A stretch of 64,000 nucleotides of DNA from a virus: the IMG/VR virus record IMGVR_UViG_3300010413_000005, positions 49,819 through 113,818 of that record; one strand, given 5' to 3'. The position numbers and the translations under genes were made by a program. Of the stretch, positions 56,595-64,000 are shown one piece after another (positions within the stretch are counted from its first letter, which is position 1; each line of letters opens with the position of its first letter). The notes beneath the pieces were generated by a model that saw only the letters and a program-made list of their open reading frames with translations, had not been told where the DNA came from and did not search any database.

Positions 56595-57107
56595 TCAATA
56601 GGTTTGGATTTTGTTCTCGATATGTGTTAGTTCGATGCCGATCTTTTCGAACATGTCGAACGTTTCTTGCGACGCCTGATAAATCCGTTGCGCTACCACT
56701 CGAACGATTCCGACTCGGATAATGGCCATGGCGCATTGCCTGCAAGGAGTCATCCTGCAATACAAGGTTCCTCCTGTAATGGATATTCCGAATTCTGCCG
56801 CCTGTAAGATAGCGTTCATTTCGGCGTGTATGGTACGAACGCAGTGCTGCGTCACCCTGTCCACCGTTCCGGCGCTCTCTCCTTGGGAAGCTTTCAGGTG
56901 TGCTACGTTCTTGAATAGGTGCCCTACGTCGTCGCAATGTGGCAATCCCGGAGGAGAACCTACATAACCGGTCGTCAACAGTTTGTTGTCTCTTACGATG
57001 ACGCATCCGGAGCGACCGCGGTCGCATGTGGCTCTTTTAGAAACCACGTCCATCATCTCCATCCAGTACGTGTCCCAATCCGGACGAACGTATTTTTCAT
57101 TGTTCAT
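56595..57107 (-). CDS. dCMP deaminase
   Basis: RPDWDTYWM, RATCDR, GCVIV, TGYVG.P.G.PHC, TIHAEMNA, TPCRQC. Confidence 0.92.
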   Translation of the reverse strand: MNNEKYVRPDWDTYWMEMMDVVSKRATCDRGRSGCVIVRDNKLLTTGYVGSPPGLPHCDDVGHLFKNVAHLKASQGESAGTVDRVTQHCVRTIHAEMNAILQAAEFGISITGGTLYCRMTPCRQCAMAIIRVGIVRVVAQRIYQASQETFDMFEKIGIELTHIENKIQTY

Positions 57108-57168
57108 ATCGACCTCCTGAATTAAGTAACAACCGCATGTCCGCGGTTATGAAACTAGTCGAACGACG

Positions 57169-57519
57169 TTACGACGCTTCACAGACCGCGGACAAACGAT
57201 TCTTCGCGCGCCGATCTCGAAACGCAGCCGCGCGCCGGCCGGCCGCGACATTGTGGTTGTTGATTTGTCTTTTCACTTCGGAAGCGACGTCGCGCGGAAT
57301 GTCCTTGATCTTGCCGTCCGCGGTCTTGCCGAAGCAAATCAGAAAGTACGGTCGGTGCCCGCGTATGTTGTATCCGGGATACGCATAAACGTCCTCCGTG
57401 TGGAATCCTTCGTCGTCCACCCATCGAATCTCGACATTGTGAGGCGGATGCGTATCAACGGGCACACCGTGCTCGTCTTTGAGAGTCCACCAAATATCGC
57501 ATTTTACGTCGCTAAACAT
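57169..57519 (-). CDS. Hypothetical protein
   Basis: 116 aa on the coding strand. Confidence 0.5.
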   Translation of the reverse strand: MFSDVKCDIWWTLKDEHGVPVDTHPPHNVEIRWVDDEGFHTEDVYAYPGYNIRGHRPYFLICFGKTADGKIKDIPRDVASEVKRQINNHNVAAGRRAAAFRDRRAKNRLSAVCEAS

Positions 57520-57546
57520 GACACTATCGTCTATAATAACGTATTT

Positions 57547-57840
57547 TTACCGTCGTAGTAAACTGTTATTTTTCTTTTCCTCTCTAATTTCACGAATGAA
57601 TGTGTACGGATTTTCCGCTTCCAATCCGTCTCCCAGCTGATCGTCATCGATATCTCCGGCGATTCTCATCATAGCCAACTTGGCAGTGGGAGAATTCCTA
57701 ACGGCTATCGACAACTTCAGAATCTTGACCGCGCTGTCTTTCTCTTCCCGAGCGCCGGCCGCGCGACCGCGTTCATAGGTAGCGTTGGCCACAACCAGCA
57801 TTAGGACTAACATCACCACGAATACGATTACTGTTATCAT
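57547..57840 (-). CDS. Membrane-anchored hypothetical protein
   Basis: N-terminal TM MITVIVFVVMLVLMLVVA, then YERG..AG. Confidence 0.55.
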   Translation of the reverse strand: MITVIVFVVMLVLMLVVANATYERGRAAGAREEKDSAVKILKLSIAVRNSPTAKLAMMRIAGDIDDDQLGDGLEAENPYTFIREIREEKKNNSLLRR

Positions 57841-57841
57841 T

Positions 57842-58048
57842 TTAGACTCCTAATCTCAACTCTAGTTTGGCCACCCTTTTGGATAACTTATGGTTCGTCT
57901 TGATCAAGGAATTGATCAGAACATCTCTTTTCTTCAATTCTTCAAGCAATTCCTTGCATCTGGCTACCGGATTGGTCGAACTCGTTTTGTTCAACCTTCT
58001 GAAATCTATCTCGAGCGTATCTGGCACCACCAATTTATGCTCCACCAC
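57842..58048 (-). CDS. Hypothetical coiled-coil protein
   Basis: 68 aa, GGAGG SD. Confidence 0.5.
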   Translation of the reverse strand: MVEHKLVVPDTLEIDFRRLNKTSSTNPVARCKELLEELKKRDVLINSLIKTNHKLSKRVAKLELRLGV

Positions 58049-58313
58049 AACCTCCTCCGTGCCCCTTGCATTTAGGGTTGGTTACGTCGTTCCAAGATAT
58101 CGCTTCGTTGGCCTTTGATAGCAATTCGGAAGTCTCCATCTCTGAAGACTCCAATTGGTTCGCGACCGCTTCTCCGCGGACCGGTTCTTGGATCTTCAAA
58201 ACGAAGACCAACAATTTCAGAATCAACTCGTCTCTTTCGGCATACGCTTTCTTCAAACGAGCAACTTCGGATTCCAGCTTTTCCACTCTATCTTTCATAG
58301 GTGTACCGTACAT
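58035..58313 (-). CDS. Hypothetical protein
   Basis: 92 aa, tiles the operon. Confidence 0.5.
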   Translation of the reverse strand: MYGTPMKDRVEKLESEVARLKKAYAERDELILKLLVFVLKIQEPVRGEAVANQLESSEMETSELLSKANEAISWNDVTNPKCKGHGGGCGGA

Positions 58314-58317
58314 TTTA

Positions 58318-58572
58318 CTACCTAGATGTAGGTGACCATTGTCGATTGGACGAGATATCGCCCAAAATCTCCATCTTGCCTTCGTAGTGTACGCTTCGAT
58401 GTTTCATCAGAAAGTCCAAAAGCGCCCTTCGCATCCCCTCAGCATACGGAGGATCTACGAATACGCCGGTAATCTTTCCGTCAATCACCTGTATTCTTCC
58501 CTTGGGCAAGTCGCGTCCGGAAACCTCGTACACCTCCAAAGTTGATTTCAATTCACATTTGAAAGTTGACAA
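58318..58572 (-). CDS. Hypothetical protein
   Basis: 84 aa, TTG start with AGGAG SD. Confidence 0.5.
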   Translation of the reverse strand: MSTFKCELKSTLEVYEVSGRDLPKGRIQVIDGKITGVFVDPPYAEGMRRALLDFLMKHRSVHYEGKMEILGDISSNRQWSPTSR

Positions 58573-58581
58573 TTTGCTCTC

Positions 58582-58887
58582 CTATTCGTCTTCGGGAGAG
58601 GAGAACATCATATCCCAAACGTCCTTCTCCTCTTCGGTTTCGCTCGAGCGCCGATCCGCCTTGTGAAGCAAAGTGAGCGCTTGTAATTCTATCCACATTT
58701 GCGCTGCCTGTTTACCGTTCCAAGTGAAAGCTCCTCTCAATGGTCCGGTCGATTTCGCAGCTGCCTCTATCAACTCATACGGTCCCAAGCACCCTTCGTT
58801 CTCGTTCTTCAATCGTGATACTTCGGACAGCATCTCGTCTAACAAATCTGGATCAAAGTACGGCAATCCATTTTCGTCTTGTTGCAT
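58582..58887 (-). CDS. Hypothetical protein
   Basis: G.L.P..LIEAA.....PL...FTW....AA, a recurrent phage motif; TAATG coupling. Confidence 0.55.
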   Translation of the reverse strand: MQQDENGLPYFDPDLLDEMLSEVSRLKNENEGCLGPYELIEAAAKSTGPLRGAFTWNGKQAAQMWIELQALTLLHKADRRSSETEEEKDVWDMMFSSPEDE

Positions 58888-59111
58888 TAGATCTCCTCAT
58901 GGGAAGATATTAGCGTGTCGATATCGGTCACGCTGATCCTTCCGTCTCGAGATACGACTACGAAATCGCTGTAAGGGGCGCCGTTGTTTTTACCGACTGC
59001 CTCCACCTTCGCCACCGTTCCGTATCTTCTACTCCTCCACATAGATCCTTCTTTTACTGGAACTCGATCGTTATACCCTAACGCCTTGCGTATGATCGAT
59101 CTGATATTCAA
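58887..59111 (-). CDS. Hypothetical SH3-like protein
   Basis: 74 aa; VKEGSMWRS..YG.VAKV. Confidence 0.45.
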   Translation of the reverse strand: MNIRSIIRKALGYNDRVPVKEGSMWRSRRYGTVAKVEAVGKNNGAPYSDFVVVSRDGRISVTDIDTLISSHEEI

Positions 59112-59356
59112 CCTTGTTCCCGGTTACGTGTGGGCGTGAATTTGTTGTGTACGCAATAAGCTCGTTCGGTCGCTCCGGAATATCTGAAGTGCCATTCTGA
59201 CAAACATTCGTCCAGACGCTTTCGAATCTCCTTTTTCGTTACTCCGAACTTGTCCGACAATTGCTTGATTGTGTATCCTTGCGCATCCGATTTGGCCAAG
59301 TAATTGATTAGTTGTTGGCTTGTAACGGTCGGTTTCCCTTTTCGATCCTTTTTCAT
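59108..59356 (-). CDS. Winged-helix DNA-binding protein
   Basis: QQLINYL....GYTIKQLSDKFGVTKKEIRKRL; AAAGGAG SD. Confidence 0.6.
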   Translation of the reverse strand: MKKDRKGKPTVTSQQLINYLAKSDAQGYTIKQLSDKFGVTKKEIRKRLDECLSEWHFRYSGATERAYCVHNKFTPTRNREQG

Positions 59357-59414
59357 TTCTCTCCTTTATACTCAAAATATTTTGTAAATATGAATTTCGA
59401 TAAACCTGTGATTT

Positions 59415-59481
59415 TATGTTTTATAATAATGTAAGCGTTTGAGAAAATAATGTAAGCGTTTGAGAAAATAATGTAAGCGCC
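59415..59481. repeat. 21-bp tandem (iteron-like) array in AT-rich intergenic DNA
   Basis: aataatgtaagcgtttgagaa at 59425 and 59446, a partial third copy at 59467 and another core at 59604-59615. Confidence 0.85.
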
Positions 59482-59615
59482 TATTTTTATGGTATTTTAT
59501 ATTGGTCGTTTTATACCTTCCATCGATCTCGTTTTTACAATTCATCACAGTGAAAATAGAGACTAAAGTCGCGTAAAGTGATAATAGATAATATATTAGA
59601 AAGTATTGTAAGCGC

Positions 59616-59897
59616 CTACGCTTTGATCAACGTGGATCTGTATTCTTCGGCGACCGCGAAAAACAAACTCTTCTCTTGTCCGGGAACCGGAACGATCGCG
59701 TAATCTTTTTCTACGTACGCTTCAGCCATAGTCAAGGTTTCGCTCAACGCGATTCCCGGAAGGATTTCTTCAGCTATGCGTAGCGCGTTGTTACATGCTT
59801 CTTCGGTTCCGGCCGGAGCAATACCGGTGAAAATCCAACTGTCCAGTTTCGCCGCAGCTTCGAGTCCAACTTGATAAATCTCTTTCATGGTTGCCAT
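59616..59897 (-). CDS. Hypothetical early protein
   Basis: Start MATMKE (AAAGGAG SD), below a promoter. Confidence 0.55.
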   Translation of the reverse strand: MATMKEIYQVGLEAAAKLDSWIFTGIAPAGTEEACNNALRIAEEILPGIALSETLTMAEAYVEKDYAIVPVPGQEKSLFFAVAEEYRSTLIKA

Positions 59898-59934
59898 TTT
59901 CGAATCTCCTTTTTCGTTATGTCCCATTAAATTA

Positions 59935-59984
59935 AATATACGATATCTGATTGTAAAAGTAAAGGGGTGGAAGCTATTTTTTTC
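59935..59984 (-). promoter_or_regulatory. Early promoter TTTACT-N17-TATATT with A-tract UP element
   Basis: One of three copies with identical hexamers and spacing. Confidence 0.75.
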
Positions 59985-60200
59985 AATTTAGGATGAATTA
60001 TTTTCTACCACAGCTTGATTTTTCGACGTGGGCGCCGTTTGATTTTGTTGATCTCGAGCTTTCCTCCGACGTACGAAGCCAAAACTATCGGTTTGTTCTG
60101 TGTGTTGCTATTGGACTTTTTCACCTTCGAATCTCCTTCTCGAGCGCTACGCTCGTCTTTCCGGTCGACCGAAGTCGACCGAATCGACCAACGTACAAGA

Positions 60201-60434
60201 CTACTCAGTGAATCCCTGCCAGTTACACTCCGGACGGTTGTCGTCCTTGCGAAATCCCTTGGCTCCGAACTGCTCGCATTGCCACCATCAGGATAGCGCG
60301 TTATTCCTCCGGAGGCCAGAACCGCACACCGGACACACTCCGGAGGCGACGATTCTTTGCGTTTCTTCGCGCGCGCGGCGAATACGCGCTCTGCTTTCTG
60401 CGTTACGACGGCGTGTTTCTGATGCTTTAGACAT
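60201..60434 (-). pseudogene. C4 Zn-finger ORF interrupted by an in-frame TGA
   Basis: MSKASE...CPVCGSGLRRNNALS*WWQCEQFGAKGFRKDDNRPECNWQGFTE; TGA at 60288-60290. Confidence 0.55.
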
Positions 60435-60445
60435 GTCGATCTCCT

Positions 60446-60892
60446 TTATGCCAACGGTCCGGAGTGGAAGTCTTGACCGTCCGCGGTGAGTAACCAAATG
60501 GATTCCAACTCTCGAGTGCCGATGCCTTCTGCCAACTCGACATCGTAGTACTTGCTGTATCTGCTGTTCGGATCCTGAGACATCGCCACTTCGTAGTCGC
60601 GCGGAGTCCAATGGTGCTTGGTCGGTTCTCCCTTCGTGCCCAGATGCCGGCCGGAGGTGTGCGAGCCTACGCGACTAACGAAATACTCCGACTCCAAGGT
60701 TGCGTCGATTTCGCAGCAGAGATAAACGCCGAATCCTTGGTGCGTCATCTTGCAGATTATCGGATAGCGACCGGGAAGTAGTCGGACGGAGCGATCATGT
60801 CCGGCATATTCGGTCCCTTCGCTCACGACCTCTTCTTCGTGAATGGTGCGATATCCGATCAGCCTGTTCTCGATTTCTTTTCTGTATTTCAT
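60446..60892 (-). CDS. Hypothetical early protein
   Basis: True start MKYRKE (AAAGGAG SD), below a promoter. Confidence 0.55.
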   Translation of the reverse strand: MKYRKEIENRLIGYRTIHEEEVVSEGTEYAGHDRSVRLLPGRYPIICKMTHQGFGVYLCCEIDATLESEYFVSRVGSHTSGRHLGTKGEPTKHHWTPRDYEVAMSQDPNSRYSKYYDVELAEGIGTRELESIWLLTADGQDFHSGPLA

Positions 60893-60923
60893 CCGAATCT
60901 CCTTTGTTATCCCCATTAATTTA

Positions 60924-60973
60924 AATATACGGGATTCGGATGTAAAAGTAAAGTGGTGGAAGTTATTTTTTTT
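60924..60973 (-). promoter_or_regulatory. Early promoter TTTACT-N17-TATATT
   Basis: Near-duplicate of 59923-59984. Confidence 0.75.
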
Positions 60974-60975
60974 AC

Positions 60976-61347
60976 TTATCTTGTAAATTTTACGTTCTTC
61001 AACGTAGTGGTGATTTCCCTTTGTATCATCGACGTTATCCAAAACAATACCACTTCCGGATCGATCTCGGAAACGGAACGGCCGGCCGCGTGATTCTTTA
61101 GAGCTCCGTCGACCTCTCTTATGATGTAAGGGAACTGCTTTGTCTGAGAACCCTTTTCTTTCGTCGGAGTAACGGAGCCGTCCGCGGAACGAAGTTCGAT
61201 CGGCAATCGAACTTCCATACTAAATTCGAACACGACTATGAATCCATATTCGCAGTCGAACACTATGTTACACACCTTGGTGTCGATAATAGAGGCCAGA
61301 CGATTGATAATCACGTCCGATATTTTCACTGCCATCTCTAAATTCAT
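60976..61347 (-). CDS. Hypothetical protein
   Basis: True start MNLEMA by TAATG coupling. Confidence 0.5.
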   Translation of the reverse strand: MNLEMAVKISDVIINRLASIIDTKVCNIVFDCEYGFIVVFEFSMEVRLPIELRSADGSVTPTKEKGSQTKQFPYIIREVDGALKNHAAGRSVSEIDPEVVLFWITSMIQREITTTLKNVKFTR

Positions 61348-61793
61348 TATGTAAAATCCTCTTCTTCTGCGTCGTTCTCGGAATCCGGATCGACGTACTC
61401 TTTGGACAACAAACGAAATATGAAATCCGGAATCGACGTCGCTTTCTTTATTGGATCGTATCCGGTGACATGTCCGTTGGGTTCGAACTTCATTCTCGAG
61501 AAGAAACTGATGTAAGTCTTCAGCGGAACACCGTACTGAAGTCCGAGAGATACCGCGATCGCGAAACAATTGCACATTGCTCGGAACGGAGCTCCTTCTT
61601 TGTGAAGGTCAAGGAATATCTCGCAGCAATCTCCTTCTGGGTACTCTCCTACGCACAATTGCATCTTGGTGGTTCCTATTTTGATTTTGAAAGTGTTGTT
61701 CTTTCTTTTCTTCGGAGGTTTGCGAGGCCAATCTTGATCCTTGTGATCTTTTTCGACTGGACAGTATTCGGCGCCCTTCTTCTTTTCGTCCAT
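61347..61793 (-). CDS. Stand-alone class II ribonucleotide reductase C-terminal (TSCPD/NrdJb-like) domain
   Basis: GEY..G...EIFLDLHKEGA.FRAM.NCFAIAVSLGLQYGVPL......FEPNG.V......ATSIPDFIFR.L...Y matches the NrdJ C-terminal domain. Confidence 0.85.
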   Translation of the reverse strand: MDEKKKGAEYCPVEKDHKDQDWPRKPPKKRKNNTFKIKIGTTKMQLCVGEYPEGDCCEIFLDLHKEGAPFRAMCNCFAIAVSLGLQYGVPLKTYISFFSRMKFEPNGHVTGYDPIKKATSIPDFIFRLLSKEYVDPDSENDAEEEDFT

Positions 61794-61802
61794 GGTGTTC
61801 TC

Positions 61803-62510
61803 CTAATTCTGGAATTGTGATATCCAAGTTGCCAGGATGATTTGCTTGTGTTTGATAGTCAATTCGTTGCCCTTTTCGTACCATCCGGAAATGGTTTTCA
61901 GCCATGCCGTGGTGTATACGGTCCGCTCGTTCTCCGGAACGTTTTCCAAGTCCACGAGCATCTGTTCACAAGATTTCTCGTCGTATTTCGAAGCGTCGCC
62001 TACGTCTTTTATCGGCTCGCACTTTCGCTTGTACGCTATCGCCTCCGACACCTTGGCTTCTATTGATCCCATTAGAGATAGAAGGGCGTCTTGTGTGGAT
62101 TTCAAATCTGATATTGCGCTTTCGATTGACGAAATTTTCACGTCCATCTCCAGCAACATGTGAGCGGCGTGTTTCGGAGTTGTTGGAGACGGATTTTGAT
62201 CTCCCTTGTCGGGAATTTCTACTTCTTCGAAAGCCTTTTCTTTCGGCAACCCCATCTCGAGCCTAAACTCCTTGGCTGAGAAAACCATCTGCCTATCTCT
62301 TCTCGATTCGATATACATCCAATCGAGATTCTTTTGATTCAGCAAATGGAACATAGGAGCGTTGCGCTTCTTGAAATTCTCTGGAGCCACCGGAACTCTC
62401 TCCAACCTGCCGGCCGTCAATGCGCTATGGATGGAAGTATCGCAGACTCCTGCTAGCCTGGCGAATTTGTGATAATCCACCACGGCATTTACTCCTTTTA
62501 TCAGTTTCAT
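61803..62510 (-). CDS. Hypothetical protein, N-terminal HTH-like
   Basis: KFARLAGVCDTSIHSALTAGRL; central coiled-coil. Confidence 0.55.
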   Translation of the reverse strand: MKLIKGVNAVVDYHKFARLAGVCDTSIHSALTAGRLERVPVAPENFKKRNAPMFHLLNQKNLDWMYIESRRDRQMVFSAKEFRLEMGLPKEKAFEEVEIPDKGDQNPSPTTPKHAAHMLLEMDVKISSIESAISDLKSTQDALLSLMGSIEAKVSEAIAYKRKCEPIKDVGDASKYDEKSCEQMLVDLENVPENERTVYTTAWLKTISGWYEKGNELTIKHKQIILATWISQFQN

Positions 62511-62591
62511 CTCGATCTCCTCATTCAGTCGACGGTTGGGCTGCCCTCTGCTCGGAGTAGGGCGCCGCTCCGTCTTCGCGTTCGGTTTGGT

Positions 62592-62759
62592 TTAGCTCAA
62601 CGGCCAGAATTGCGACATACGGCGCATATCTTCGGTCCGTTGCTCCATCTCGGTCATCCAGTCCTCTTCGCCGATGTTGGCGTTTTCGGCTGCGACGATT
62701 TCTTCGGTGGAAGCTTCGTTTAGGCTATTGTTATTTTTATTGTTATTTTTGTCTGCCAC
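62592..62759 (-). CDS. 55-aa acidic small protein
   Basis: GTG start with AAGGAG SD: MADKNNNKNNNSLNEASTEE...SQFWPLS; below the track cutoff. Confidence 0.45.
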   Translation of the reverse strand: MADKNNNKNNNSLNEASTEEIVAAENANIGEEDWMTEMEQRTEDMRRMSQFWPLS

Positions 62760-62823
62760 TCTAGTCTCCTTTTTATTTTGTTTATGATAGGGTTGGTACG
62801 AACGTTCGAACTTCGTCCGTAGG

Positions 62824-62964
62824 TTATTCGCCGTCTTCTTCGGTTACGTTTAGTTTCAAGCTGGATAAGAAACCGAGATGTTGTTCACGGAGTTCGTCCG
62901 TAAGTTCTTCCATCTCTATTTCGTAAGCGCTTCGTTCTTCAGTTTGCTTTTGATCGCTACTCAA
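62824..62964 (-). CDS. 46-aa acidic small protein
   Basis: TTG start with AGGAG SD: MSSDQKQTEERSAYEIEMEEL...EEDGE. Confidence 0.4.
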   Translation of the reverse strand: MSSDQKQTEERSAYEIEMEELTDELREQHLGFLSSLKLNVTEEDGE

Positions 62965-63027
62965 TTCACTTCTCCTATTACATTGTTTCAAAATGGCCGT
63001 ACTCTCTCGAGCGCCGGCCGGTTAACA

Positions 63028-63249
63028 TTACTTGATTCCGCGGTCACTCTTGTACCACACCCACCAGATTTTGATCGTGTACAGACCGAGAACCGTAGAC
63101 TGTACGCACAACCACAGATTGCCTCTTTGCACCGAATCCCATAACCAAAATACTTGCGACAAGAACATCAAACCTTGTCCGTAGGAACGTTTGCGCTCGA
63201 TCCCCAACATCGCTAACACGACCAGCGCGAACGCTACTATTGATATCAT
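63028..63249 (-). CDS. Small multi-TM membrane protein (PnuC-like pattern)
   Basis: Three hydrophobic segments; G..L..SQVFW....Q.......IWWVW. Confidence 0.5.
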   Translation of the reverse strand: MISIVAFALVVLAMLGIERKRSYGQGLMFLSQVFWLWDSVQRGNLWLCVQSTVLGLYTIKIWWVWYKSDRGIK

Positions 63250-63497
63250 TTTCGCCTACCCTTCTTGACTTCGTGCGAATCGTCCACCATACGCTTCCAC
63301 TTCTTGACGCACTTATCGCACACCGTTCCTTCGAATCCCTCCGGTCGTTCTTCCGGACCGATGACCGCGATCGATATCCTCACCTTGCCCCACCCCGTCG
63401 GAAGCTTGTCCGGACTGCTCGTCACTGCCTTGGAGCCGCATTTACCGTTTTCACACGTGAATAAAAACTGCGATTGACCAACAAACTCTACTAACAT
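63246..63497 (-). CDS. Small Zn-binding protein
   Basis: CENGKCG...LPTGW...CDKC. Confidence 0.55.
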   Translation of the reverse strand: MLVEFVGQSQFLFTCENGKCGSKAVTSSPDKLPTGWGKVRISIAVIGPEERPEGFEGTVCDKCVKKWKRMVDDSHEVKKGRRK

Positions 63498-63627
63498 GCC
63501 CGCTCCAATGCGTCATTATCATCCCACCCTCAAACCGCGACCCTCTTTTACGAAATCCTATTTTTATGTATATTTGCTCGTCTACGTATATCTCCTTGTC
63601 GAGATATCGCCTCTGAAATAGCGAGCG

Positions 63628-63861
63628 CTACTTCCAGAGCTTGTTGTTGTAGGGCGCGATCGTATCGTTGATGTCCTCGATCGCGGTCCTGATTTTGAAT
63701 GCTTCTTCCGTATTCATCTCGTGGTCGCTCGAAGAGAGCAACGCCGATAGCGCGTTGAGGTGTTCTCGAGCCGAAGCCAGGAAATGGAATTTTATGCACG
63801 CTGTGCTGATCGTGGCTGTTACATCAGATTGGCCTGTATTCGTTCTCTTTGGCTTATCCAT
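63628..63861 (-). CDS. Hypothetical early protein
   Basis: 77 aa, AAAGGAG SD, below a promoter. Confidence 0.55.
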   Translation of the reverse strand: MDKPKRTNTGQSDVTATISTACIKFHFLASAREHLNALSALLSSSDHEMNTEEAFKIRTAIEDINDTIAPYNNKLWK

Positions 63862-63899
63862 TCGAATCTCCTTTATACTGTATTTGTATCGTTAAGTAG

Positions 63900-63950
63900 A
63901 ATATATGAGAATCGACCAACGAAGTAAAGCCAACGTGGCTATTTTTTTTC
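63900..63950 (-). promoter_or_regulatory. Early promoter TTTACT-N17-TATATT
   Basis: Third copy; the spacer differs but the hexamers and upstream A-tract are the same. Confidence 0.7.
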
Positions 63951-64000
63951 AAAATAAATTGATTATTCGAAGAACGCGCTGCCTACCAGATCGCACATAC

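Noticed and set aside
59425-59481. 21-bp array as CRISPR
   Set aside because: The copies are head-to-tail with no spacers.
1-64000. Genome-wide stop-codon reassignment
   Set aside because: TGA, TAA and TAG all end well-defined genes, with ATGA/TAATG coupling; only isolated in-frame stops were seen.
1-64000. tRNA/rRNA genes, integrase, introns or inteins
   Set aside because: None recognised by eye; TerL, DnaB and primase are of normal length. A tRNAscan/Infernal run would be needed to exclude RNA genes.

Overview
This window is a 64-kb internal segment of a large contractile-tailed (myovirus-type) bacteriophage, and essentially all genes lie on the minus strand. In the direction of transcription (right to left) the order is: (1) an early/accessory region of small ORFs driven by three TTTACT-N17-TATATT promoters, with a stand-alone NrdJ C-terminal (TSCPD) domain, a dCMP deaminase and an AT-rich 21-bp tandem array; (2) a putative TerS, a TIM-barrel endolysin candidate, TerL, portal, MuF, an XkdF-type protease, scaffold and HK97-fold MCP; (3) a head-accessory block with a methyltransferase-GT2-TPR fusion and a 1577-aa Ser/Thr/Asp repeat protein; (4) neck, sheath, tube, frameshifted chaperone, tape measure, baseplate and tailspike, then an HExxH lipoprotein; (5) a replication module (SF2 helicase, initiator with an internal origin-like tract, DnaC-like loader, DnaB, primase); (6) a Zn-finger MoxR/CobS ATPase, a VWA partner, a sigma factor and a truncated FAD oxidoreductase. 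The most notable candidates are: a possible virion-glycosylation system; a prohead protease split by one in-frame TAA, with a nested scaffold; a shared C-terminal capsid-targeting motif on two extra proteins; iteron-like motifs shared between the initiator gene and an intergenic array 50 kb away; and an SD-sequestering multi-stem RNA leader at the start of the packaging/head genes. All family calls come from motif recognition by eye, with no database searches.
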